From NCBI GenBank assembly GCA_038207335.1, contig JBBQZX010000036.1, positions 1 through 43,368 on the forward strand: 43,368 bases of DNA, given 5' to 3'. Position numbers and translations under genes: made by a program. Shown here one piece after another: positions 35,413 through 43,368 of this stretch; position 1 is the stretch's first letter; each line of letters begins with the position of its first letter. The notes under the pieces were generated by a model. It was not told where the DNA came from and made no database searches. It saw nothing but the letters and a program-made list of their open reading frames with translations. This DNA comes from Chthoniobacterales bacterium. Its GTDB lineage: Bacteria > Verrucomicrobiota > Verrucomicrobiia > Chthoniobacterales > Chthoniobacteraceae.

Positions 35413-36387
35413 ATGAACGCGGGTTACCTCACGCTTTTCTCTGCGGTCGCTCCGGTCTTTCTCGTCATCGCGGCGGGCTACGCGATTCGCCGCGTCGGCT
35501 GGCTCAGCGCCGAGGCCGACGCCTCGCTCATGCGCGTGATCGTGAATTTGCTCTACCCGTGCCTGATCCTCGACACGATCCTTGGAAACCCTGCGCTCGG
35601 AAACGCTGGCAACGTCCTGCTTGCGCCACTCGTCGGCTGCAGCGCGGTCCTCGCGGGATACGCCGCGAGCTACTTTTGCGCGCCGCTTTTCGGCATCCAA
35701 GAGGAGCGGCAAAAGCGCACGTTTGCGTTCACCGTCGGCATCTTCAATTACGGGTACGTACCGCTGCCGCTCATCCCCAAACTCTTTCCCCAAGCCGCTC
35801 CGCAAACCACCGCCGTCCTTTTTTTGCACAACGTCGGCGTCGAAGCCGCGCTCTGGAGCGCCGGCATCATGCTGCTCGCCGGTGCGCGGAGAGTCGCGAG
35901 CGGCAAGAGCCGCTGGACGCAGATTTTCAACGTCCCAGTCATCGCGATTCTCTGTGCCGTCGTGCTGCATTTCCTCGGTGCGCGGCAGTGGCTTCCCGGC
36001 ATCGCGCTCAGCGCGATTCATAACATCGGCGTCGCCGCGATTCCGCTCGGTCTCATCCTCACCGGCGCGACTTTCGCCGACCAAATGCGCGACCTCGCCG
36101 TTCCAAACGCGACCGGCATTAGCATCGGCTCCGCGATTCTGCGGCTCGGAATCCTGCCGATCTTCATGCTCGCGCTCGCCCGCTGGCTGCCGTGCCCGAT
36201 TGAACTGCGCCGCATCATCGTAATCCAAGCCGCGATGCCGTGCGCAGTCATCCCTGTGCTTCTCACAAAGCACTACGGCGGCGAGCCAAACACCGCGATG
36301 CGCGCCGTGCTCGTCACCACCGCGCTCTCATTCGTCACCATCCCGCTCTGGATTCAATTCGGCCTCTGGTGGACGGGCGCGCGCTGA
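35413..36387 (+). CDS. AEC (auxin efflux carrier) family transporter
   Basis: PVFLVIAAGY, LYPCLI, NYGYVPLP, IPLGLILTG, QAAMPCA, TTALSFVTIPLW. Confidence 0.9.
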   Translation: MNAGYLTLFSAVAPVFLVIAAGYAIRRVGWLSAEADASLMRVIVNLLYPCLILDTILGNPALGNAGNVLLAPLVGCSAVLAGYAASYFCAPLFGIQEERQKRTFAFTVGIFNYGYVPLPLIPKLFPQAAPQTTAVLFLHNVGVEAALWSAGIMLLAGARRVASGKSRWTQIFNVPVIAILCAVVLHFLGARQWLPGIALSAIHNIGVAAIPLGLILTGATFADQMRDLAVPNATGISIGSAILRLGILPIFMLALARWLPCPIELRRIIVIQAAMPCAVIPVLLTKHYGGEPNTAMRAVLVTTALSFVTIPLWIQFGLWWTGAR

Positions 36388-36389
36388 AT

Positions 36390-38426
36390 TTACCCGCTCG
36401 TTTTCGCCCAGCACCGCAGCGCCTCCGCCACGCTCCAAGCCTGTGCCACACAGCCTCGCGGCGTGAAAGGCTCCTCCGCGTCGAAGACTTCGCTGATCGA
36501 TCCGATGCACGCGTGATCGAGTTCCGGCAGCATCGGCTCCAGCCATTTTCGCGCGCCTGCGCGGTCGTCCGGATGCACTTTCATCCACGCGTCGATGAAC
36601 GGCCCGATGAGCCAAGCCCACACCGTCCCCTGATGATACGCGGCGTCGCGCGCGCGCAGGTCACCGAAGTATCGCGCCTTGTAATCGGGATGCTCTCGGC
36701 TCAAGGATCGCAGCCCGACCGGAGTCAGCAGCCGCTCCCGAACCACCTCCAGCACGGCATTCCAACGCGCCTCGTCGAGCACCGGATACCGCAGCGAGAT
36801 GGCGAAAATCTGATTCGGCCGGCACGCGGAATCGTCACCGTTCTCGCCGTCGATCACATCGAACAGATGCCCACATTCCTCGCCCCAAAAGCGGGCGTTG
36901 AACGAAGCGTGCGCCCTGTCCGCATGACTGCGCGCTTCGTCCGCCGCCGACACATCGCCGGAGTCGCGCAGCCAGCCTTCCATCAGCATCAGTGCGTTGA
37001 ACCAAAGAGCATTGATCTCCACGGCTTTCCCCCGTCGCGGCGTCACAACCCAGCCGTCCACCTTCGCATCCATCCACGTGAGCTGATACCCCTCCGCACC
37101 CTCGCGCAAAAGCCCGTCCTCCGCATCCACGCCAATGCCGAAGCGCGTGCCATGCAGATGCTTTTGCACGACCTCGCGCAGCTTCGGCAAGATGATCGCG
37201 AGCGTGCTTCGGTCGCCTGTGATTTCGAGGTAGCGATCGAGCGCGTGGAAGAACCAAAGCGTCGCATCGGCGGTGTGATAGACCCCGTCGTTTTGACCGT
37301 CAGGGAAATAATTGGGGATCAGTCCGTCACGAATGTAGTGGGCAAAAGTGCGGAGAACCCAACCGGCCTCCACATGCCGCCCCGTGGTCATCGTGAGGCC
37401 TTCAAGGCTGATCATCGTGTCGCGGCCCCAGTCCGTGAACCAATGATAACCCGCGATCACTGAGCGGACTTCATCGCCCGCAGCGCGCGCTCGTGCCACG
37501 TCTTCGACACGCCCGGCGGGGCTGATGATGAATTGATCCGCGGCCAGCACGAGCTCCGCCGCCGCGCCTTCTCGCGCTTCCGGATGCGCGATCGAAATAA
37601 GCCGCAGCCGTCGCTGCTGCTCGTATTTCAGAGCCTGCTCCGGCGCGAGCGCGAGCAGCGGATCCCATGGCTCCGTCGAGGCCGTCAGAGTCGTCGGTTC
37701 GCCCTGTCGCAGCGAGACGGTGAAGCATCCCGGGCTCCACAACGCGCCGCGCGATTCGTAGCCGCGATCAGCCTCCACGAGATACGTGATTTCGCGCGTC
37801 GAGCCACCGCGATGGGTGAAGTGCGCGCCGTCTCCGCGCACGATAAGCCGCAGCGGCGGGATCGAATGGCCGCAGCAAATCTCGTATCGCGGGCCGTCGA
37901 TCGTGAGCACGTAATCGTTCCGCAGCGGCTCGGCGACGGAGTTTTCGTGCGGCCGAAAATGCACTGACGGACGCAGCTCGATCCGCACATCCTGCGACCC
38001 GGAGACGAGCTGATACACGACATGCACGGTGTTCTGGCCCTGCACCATAAAGACGCGCTTTTCGACCACCACGTCTTCCAATTCATACCGCCAGATCGGC
38101 AGTTGCGATTCGAGGCGAAACTCGGAGACGTAGTGTTCATCGAGGTTCCCGGCCGGGTCGCTGGATTCGGCGGGATGCTCGCCGCCGATTTGAAAAGCGC
38201 GCCCGTCGGCGTGCCGCAGATGCTCGGTTAGATGATTCAGCATCACCACGCGACCCAGCGGTGCGGGCAGCGCCGCGATGAGCAGCCCGTGATAGCGGCG
38301 CGCCACGCTGCCGGAGATCGTGCCTGACGCGTAGCCGCCAAGGCCATTGGTGAGCAGCCACTCGCGGCGTAGCAATTCGCGCGAGTTGGCGTTTCTGCGG
38401 AGGTCGATGCGGCGGTTCAGATTCAT
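36390..38426 (-). CDS. Amylo-alpha-1,6-glucosidase (glycogen debranching enzyme family)
   Basis: REWLLTNGLGGYAS, RRYHGLL, IAGYHWFTDWGRDTMISLEGL, QLTWMDAK, YHQGTVWAW, QAWSVAE. Confidence 0.93.
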   Translation of the reverse strand: MNLNRRIDLRRNANSRELLRREWLLTNGLGGYASGTISGSVARRYHGLLIAALPAPLGRVVMLNHLTEHLRHADGRAFQIGGEHPAESSDPAGNLDEHYVSEFRLESQLPIWRYELEDVVVEKRVFMVQGQNTVHVVYQLVSGSQDVRIELRPSVHFRPHENSVAEPLRNDYVLTIDGPRYEICCGHSIPPLRLIVRGDGAHFTHRGGSTREITYLVEADRGYESRGALWSPGCFTVSLRQGEPTTLTASTEPWDPLLALAPEQALKYEQQRRLRLISIAHPEAREGAAAELVLAADQFIISPAGRVEDVARARAAGDEVRSVIAGYHWFTDWGRDTMISLEGLTMTTGRHVEAGWVLRTFAHYIRDGLIPNYFPDGQNDGVYHTADATLWFFHALDRYLEITGDRSTLAIILPKLREVVQKHLHGTRFGIGVDAEDGLLREGAEGYQLTWMDAKVDGWVVTPRRGKAVEINALWFNALMLMEGWLRDSGDVSAADEARSHADRAHASFNARFWGEECGHLFDVIDGENGDDSACRPNQIFAISLRYPVLDEARWNAVLEVVRERLLTPVGLRSLSREHPDYKARYFGDLRARDAAYHQGTVWAWLIGPFIDAWMKVHPDDRAGARKWLEPMLPELDHACIGSISEVFDAEEPFTPRGCVAQAWSVAEALRCWAKTSG

Positions 38427-40357
38427 CGGTTCGAGGCTTGGCTTCTGCTCGCGTGCGAGGAGAGGACGACCGCGGAGCGCGCCGGGATTCTCCAGTTGTC
38501 ATCCGTGTCTAGCGGCGGTGTCCCCTGCCCGCCATATTCGAGACCTTCACTGCTCCAGATCATCCGCCATGGCTCCTTCGCGAGCGGTGCCAGCAGCGGC
38601 TCCGGCGCGGCATCCAGATGAAAATCTGTGCCGAGATTCACAATCAGCAGGCGGTCGCTCCCCTCCTCGCCGAAAAAGCGGAGCACGAATGCCTCGTTCG
38701 AAAGCACGGCTCCATCCACTCCTCGCCGACGTGGCTTTTTAAAGATCGGATCTTCACGCCGGAGCCGCAGCAAATCGCAGTGGAGCCGCAGTATTTCTGC
38801 GTGCCTCTCGCGATCCGCCGGATCGATTTTGCTCCGCAGAAATGTCTCTTCCGCGTGAGGCGCGTCGAGCGCCGTTTGCCGTTCGGCGGCGGCGATGCGC
38901 GGGAATTGTGCGAGGAACTTTCGCCTCCCATCGGCCACAAGAGCGGCGAGCTCCGAGTGGTGGTCCGCAAAATAAAGGAACGGAGTGGAGGCCGCAAATT
39001 CTTGGCCTTGAAACAACATCGGAGTCGCCGGGCCGAGCAGGATGAGCGCTGTCATCGCCCGCAGCCGCGCGGGATCGGTGAGTTGATGAATGCGCGCGCC
39101 GCGGAGCGAATTCGCGACCTGATCGTGATTTTGCAAAAAGCTGACGAAGGCCGTCGGATTGAGGTCCAGCGACGGTGTGCCGCGTCTTCTAGACTGCCAT
39201 TCGTAGCGCTGGCCCTGGTAGAGAAAGCCCCACTTCATCGCCGAGATGAACTCCTGCGGCTGGCCGCGATAGTCGCAATAGTAGGCTTCCCGACGGCCAT
39301 CCAACGCCACCATCGCGCTGTGGTGTAGGTCGTCATTCCACAGGGCATCGAGCCCGAACCCGCCAGCCTCCAAGGGGCGCACAAGATCAGCGTGCTGAAG
39401 TTCGTTTTCGCCAATCACGTAGACGCTACGGAGCCCTCCCGCCGCCCGCGCGACGCGCGCGATCGCCGCGATGATGTGCTCTGGCGAGTCGTCGAAAATC
39501 TGCTGCGTGGCGTCGAGCCGAAGCCCGTCGAGATGATATTCGCGAATCCAATACGCGGCATTCGCGAGGACGAACTCGCGCACGGGCGCGCAATTCGCGC
39601 CGTCGAGATTCAGCGAGTCGCCCCAGTCGCTCGCGCGCTTGCAGAAATACGCCGCAGAGAATTCGCGGAGGTAATTTCCGTCCGGCCCGAGATGATTATA
39701 GACGACGTCGAGTATGACGCCGATGCCCAGTGCGTGGGCGCGATCGACAAATGCGCGCATCTCATCCGGCACACCGTAGAGCCGCGTCGGCGCGAAGAAA
39801 TCCACCCCGTCGTAACCCCAGCCAAACCGGCCCGGAAACTCCGCGACCGGCATCAGTTCGATCACCGTGATGCCGAGCTCCGCGAGCGCATCCAGCTCGC
39901 GAATCGCAGCGCTCCACGTCCCCTGGGGCGTGAGCGTGCCGACGTGCATTTCGTAAAGCACCTGCCCATCGCGGGACACGCCGCGCCATTCGGAATCCGT
40001 CCAGCAAAATGCAGTCGGATCGACAATCTGCGAGAAGCCATGAACGCCCTCCGGCTGGAAGCGCGACACCGGATCGGGAAACGAACCGTGCGAGACGCGA
40101 TATTTGTAAATGTCGCCCACCCGCGCCTCCGCGACCGTCCCGGAAAAGTATCCACCCGCCTCCGCCGCGAGCGGCGTGGTCGTTTGCGAACCCTGCTGTG
40201 AAGCCGATTGCAGCTCCACCGTCACATCTTCAACCGTCGGCGCCCAGACCCGAAAATGCACGCCGCCATCGCGCTGAGGCTCCGCACCGACAGCCATCTC
40301 CCGTTTGAATGGAACTTCAACTCCTGAAGCGCTGTTCCCAGCTTCGATATTCGACAT
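38423..40357 (-). CDS. treZ: Malto-oligosyltrehalose trehalohydrolase (GH13)
   Basis: FRVWAP, PDPVSRFQPEGVHG, YEMHVGT, WGYDGV, DVVYNHLGPDGN, DGLRLDA, QNHDQV. Confidence 0.88.
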   Translation of the reverse strand: MSNIEAGNSASGVEVPFKREMAVGAEPQRDGGVHFRVWAPTVEDVTVELQSASQQGSQTTTPLAAEAGGYFSGTVAEARVGDIYKYRVSHGSFPDPVSRFQPEGVHGFSQIVDPTAFCWTDSEWRGVSRDGQVLYEMHVGTLTPQGTWSAAIRELDALAELGITVIELMPVAEFPGRFGWGYDGVDFFAPTRLYGVPDEMRAFVDRAHALGIGVILDVVYNHLGPDGNYLREFSAAYFCKRASDWGDSLNLDGANCAPVREFVLANAAYWIREYHLDGLRLDATQQIFDDSPEHIIAAIARVARAAGGLRSVYVIGENELQHADLVRPLEAGGFGLDALWNDDLHHSAMVALDGRREAYYCDYRGQPQEFISAMKWGFLYQGQRYEWQSRRRGTPSLDLNPTAFVSFLQNHDQVANSLRGARIHQLTDPARLRAMTALILLGPATPMLFQGQEFAASTPFLYFADHHSELAALVADGRRKFLAQFPRIAAAERQTALDAPHAEETFLRSKIDPADRERHAEILRLHCDLLRLRREDPIFKKPRRRGVDGAVLSNEAFVLRFFGEEGSDRLLIVNLGTDFHLDAAPEPLLAPLAKEPWRMIWSSEGLEYGGQGTPPLDTDDNWRIPARSAVVLSSHASRSQASNR

Positions 40358-40504
40358 AGGTCGAAATAAATCGTCCCGCTGCACACTCGCGGCGGTGTCC
40401 CTAATACATCCCATCCTTCTTCGCCGCTTCGCTGCTTTGCGGTGATTTTCTCGCGAGATTTGCTGTTGAGCGGCGAGCGGCGAGGACTGCATCATTCGCA
40501 CGCC

Positions 40505-41422
40505 ATGACTGAAACCATCGCATTTGTCGGAACCGGTCGCATGGGAGCCAACATGGCGCGGAGGCTGAAAGAGAAAGGCTTCGCGGTCACTGCGGTCTTC
40601 GACCACAAACCCGAAACCGCGCAGGCGCTCGCGGTGGAACTTGGCTGTGCCGCGCCGGCCACGCTACCGGAAGTCACGACAGCTGCGGACATCGTCATCA
40701 CAGTCGTCACCGACGACGAGGCGATGGATGAAATTTTCTCACCCGTCGGCTCCGGCTCAGACTCGCTGCTCGGCAGCGCGAGCGGTGTCGCGGTGGCTCA
40801 AGGCACGCTTTTCATCAACTGCGCGACCGTCACGCCAGGCACGCACGAGGCCGTCGAGAGCCGCGCGGAATCGGCGGGCGCGCAGTCAGTGGAGGCATGC
40901 ATGGCGTCGAGCATCACGCAGGCGCGGGAGGGAACGCTGTATCTCATGTGCGGCGGGAAAACGGAGGCGTTCGAGCGCGCGCGTCCGGTGCTCAAAGCGC
41001 TCGGCTCGACCGTGAAATTCATTGGCCCCGCGGGCCAGGCGGCGAAGATGAAAGCGCTCGTGAACATGGTGATGAACATCAACACCGCCGGGCTCGCCGA
41101 GGGCTTGGGACTCGCCGATGCACTCGGGCTCGACCTCGCCACGGTGCGCGAGATTTTCTCCCAGACCGGGGCAGACTCGCGCGTTCTGCAGACCGACGGC
41201 GAGGACATGCAGAATCGCGACCACGCGTGCTTCTTCTCAGCAGCTCACGCGTCGAAAGACAGCGGTATCGCGCTGCGGCTTTCACGCGACTCCGGGCTCG
41301 AATTGCCGCTCGCGGAAGCGACCAAGGCGCAGTTCGACAAGATGGTTTTCGAGGGGCTCGGCGAGTTGGATAAATCGGGCATCGCCGAGCTCACTTTCCG
41401 CGGACGGCACGAAACTGACTGA
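40505..41422 (+). CDS. NAD(P)-dependent oxidoreductase, 3-hydroxyisobutyrate dehydrogenase family
   Basis: IAFVGTGRMGANMA, GTLYLMCGG, KMKALVN, KD..IA. Confidence 0.88.
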   Translation: MTETIAFVGTGRMGANMARRLKEKGFAVTAVFDHKPETAQALAVELGCAAPATLPEVTTAADIVITVVTDDEAMDEIFSPVGSGSDSLLGSASGVAVAQGTLFINCATVTPGTHEAVESRAESAGAQSVEACMASSITQAREGTLYLMCGGKTEAFERARPVLKALGSTVKFIGPAGQAAKMKALVNMVMNINTAGLAEGLGLADALGLDLATVREIFSQTGADSRVLQTDGEDMQNRDHACFFSAAHASKDSGIALRLSRDSGLELPLAEATKAQFDKMVFEGLGELDKSGIAELTFRGRHETD

Positions 41423-41484
41423 GCCGGCACGCGGTCGCCGCAGCTTGCGCGAATCCTCTAACAACAGCACCTTACCGCCTCAAC

Positions 41485-41958
41485 ATGCGCAACTTCTTCG
41501 CCTTCTGCATCCTCGCGATTTTCCTCATCCCGGCTGCGCGTGCGAGTAATGCGCATCTCCTCCAGCAGCAATCCGCGGCATCGCATCGGCAGCACCAGCT
41601 CCTCCAGCAGCGTAGCGCGGCCGATCACCAGCAGCTCCTCATCGTCCACCAGCGCGATTCCGCGCAGCAGCATCTGCTTTTGCAAAATCGGGAGTCGGCG
41701 CGACAGCACCTCCAGCTCCAGCGCACTGCGGCCACATCGCATCAGCAGCTCCTAATTACTGCCTCGGCTGCAGCGCATCAGCAGCTCCTCCTCGCCCGAG
41801 CCGCAGCCTCACATCAGCATCTCCTGCTGACCGTCACGGCCGCAGCCGCGCATCAGCTCCTGCTGCAAGCCGCGCGTCCGGATCCAGATCCGCACGGCAC
41901 GGACCGGCGGGAAGCGATCACCACCATCGAGCCCACCTCGGCGTTCGACGGGCACTAA
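41485..41958 (+). CDS. Secreted His/Gln/Leu-rich repeat protein of unknown function
   Basis: Signal peptide ending ARA-S; about nine ~12-aa repeats of HQQLL(L)xxxAA type. Confidence 0.7.
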   Translation: MRNFFAFCILAIFLIPAARASNAHLLQQQSAASHRQHQLLQQRSAADHQQLLIVHQRDSAQQHLLLQNRESARQHLQLQRTAATSHQQLLITASAAAHQQLLLARAAASHQHLLLTVTAAAAHQLLLQAARPDPDPHGTDRREAITTIEPTSAFDGH

Positions 41959-43049
41959 TCGCGCTGCACCGACTTCGCGCGACCGACGCCGAACTGATCG
42001 CTGACCGCCGTCAGTTTCCCGTCGAGGAAGACCGCCTCAAAGAACTTCGAGCCGCACACCGGCGCGCCCTTCTCGTCCTTCAGCGTCGCGACGATCTTGC
42101 GGGATTTCGCGTCGATGACATCGGGTGTGTGGCACCACGCGATTTTGCCATCGAGGCTGAAAGTGATCCAGCCATGCCCGCCGATGCTGAGATCGACTTG
42201 CCCGGTTTCACGCGGCGGCATCGTCGTCGCGTCGAAAATGTAGAGCCGCTTGCCATCTTGATCGCTAATCCACAACTCGCGTTCGTCCGGCGTCAGCGCC
42301 GCTCCGTGCGTGCGGTGCGCGATAGTGCCGTCGCCCGCGAGGACGCGATTCAGCACCGTGCCTTTTTTTAAATCCGCAACGTCGAAGCCGACGTGCTTCC
42401 CAAGGCAGACGAACGCCAGCGTCCCCGCGGCATTCACCGTGAATGGAAAGACGCCCGACTCGCCGATCGGCGCGATCGTTTTCACCACCTCATCGTTGCT
42501 CGTGCGGACGACATTCAGCGTCGTCTCCGAGCCGCAATAAACGAACTCTCCGTCAAGGCCCATCACCGTGTTGTGCGCGTGATTCTTCACGGAGATATGC
42601 TTCAAAACATCCCCGTTTTTTGCATCAACGACGAACCATTCGCTCCCTCCCTCGCCGACCCACCAACCCGTGGGAACGTAGAGTTTTAGCCCATCCGGCG
42701 TCACTGCCGCACGGTCGCAGCCCGCCGGATACTGCTTCTCCCACACGACTTTATCGGTTTCCAGATCGAGGCAGCCTAGAGTGTGATTCGTGGTCGTGTA
42801 AAACGCACGATGGGTCTTCGCGTTCGGGCAAAAGCCGCGGATGCCTTCGCTGAAAATCGGGATGTCGATGCGGCGCAAAAAGCGATGTCCGTCGTCGATG
42901 TCGAAGATGAGCACACCGTTTCCCGAGCCACCTTTCTGCGCCCCATCCGGCGACGCCATATAGAGCAAATGCCTTTCTGCCACCGGCTCCGCCGCGTGAA
43001 GAACGAGTGAAGAAACCAGCGTGAAAAGAGCGGGGAGAATTCGTTTCAT
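41955..43049 (-). CDS. Secreted YVTN/YncE-like beta-propeller protein
   Basis: Signal peptide; repeated TPDGxxLYV / TPDERELWI / SLDGKIAW blades. Confidence 0.75.
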   Translation of the reverse strand: MKRILPALFTLVSSLVLHAAEPVAERHLLYMASPDGAQKGGSGNGVLIFDIDDGHRFLRRIDIPIFSEGIRGFCPNAKTHRAFYTTTNHTLGCLDLETDKVVWEKQYPAGCDRAAVTPDGLKLYVPTGWWVGEGGSEWFVVDAKNGDVLKHISVKNHAHNTVMGLDGEFVYCGSETTLNVVRTSNDEVVKTIAPIGESGVFPFTVNAAGTLAFVCLGKHVGFDVADLKKGTVLNRVLAGDGTIAHRTHGAALTPDERELWISDQDGKRLYIFDATTMPPRETGQVDLSIGGHGWITFSLDGKIAWCHTPDVIDAKSRKIVATLKDEKGAPVCGSKFFEAVFLDGKLTAVSDQFGVGRAKSVQRD

Positions 43050-43105
43050 CCACGCACCATCGTCAAGCACGCGCATCCAAGCGAGCCCCGAAGCCGGCTA
43101 CAGCG

Positions 43106-43368
43106 CTAAGCCGGCTGCGTCTTGGGATACGTGCCGAGGATCTTTACAAAAGTGCAGTGCTTCTCCAGTTCCGTGAGCGCTTCCTGGAGCTGAGGATCGC
43201 TCGAGTGCCCGTCCACGTCGGCAAAGAAAAAATACTCCCAAGCTTTGCGCTTCGAGGGGCGGCTCTCGATTTTGCTCATGCTGATCTTCAAGCGGTCGAA
43301 CGGCTCGAGTGCGTGAAAAAGCGCACCCGGCTTGTCCTGCACGGTGAACATCAGCGACGTTCGATCTT
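43106..43368 (-). CDS. pheA: Prephenate dehydratase (P-protein), C-terminal ACT domain; 5' part outside the window
   Basis: RTSLMF..DKPGAL...MSKIESRPS...WEYFFF.D..GH...ILGTYP. Confidence 0.92.
   Translation of the reverse strand, partial: DRTSLMFTVQDKPGALFHALEPFDRLKISMSKIESRPSKRKAWEYFFFADVDGHSSDPQLQEALTELEKHCTFVKILGTYPKTQPA

Overview
High-GC bacterial chromosomal segment, most likely Verrucomicrobiota (Chthoniobacterales-like). This is an inference from the DUF1501/heme-c gene pair, a giant secreted protein ending in a DxDGDGxxNLLEFAL module, and a short HemA. The left end is the start of an integron cassette array on the - strand: an attI-like site (639-692), a DUF3024 cassette, a canonical attC (100-223) and the start of a second cassette. 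No integrase lies next to it; a G-rich FN3-like gene remnant sits there instead. The rest is mostly housekeeping and stress genes: sodC, upp, an L,D-transpeptidase, an RRM protein, a glutaredoxin, deoC, a sulfatase, ccsA-hemA-hemC-cobA/hemD, treZ plus a debranching enzyme, and the 3' end of pheA. There is also a ~2050-aa secreted metzincin with repeated modules. The best candidate for an undescribed system is a three-gene unit at 24876-29122: a GrpE-like protein, a lid-less Hsp70 paralogue, and a protein combining an HPD-less J-like domain, two TerB-like helical repeats and a non-catalytic FGE-fold domain. All family assignments come from motif recognition by eye, with no database searches, and many start codons were moved from the ORF track to the more plausible downstream start.
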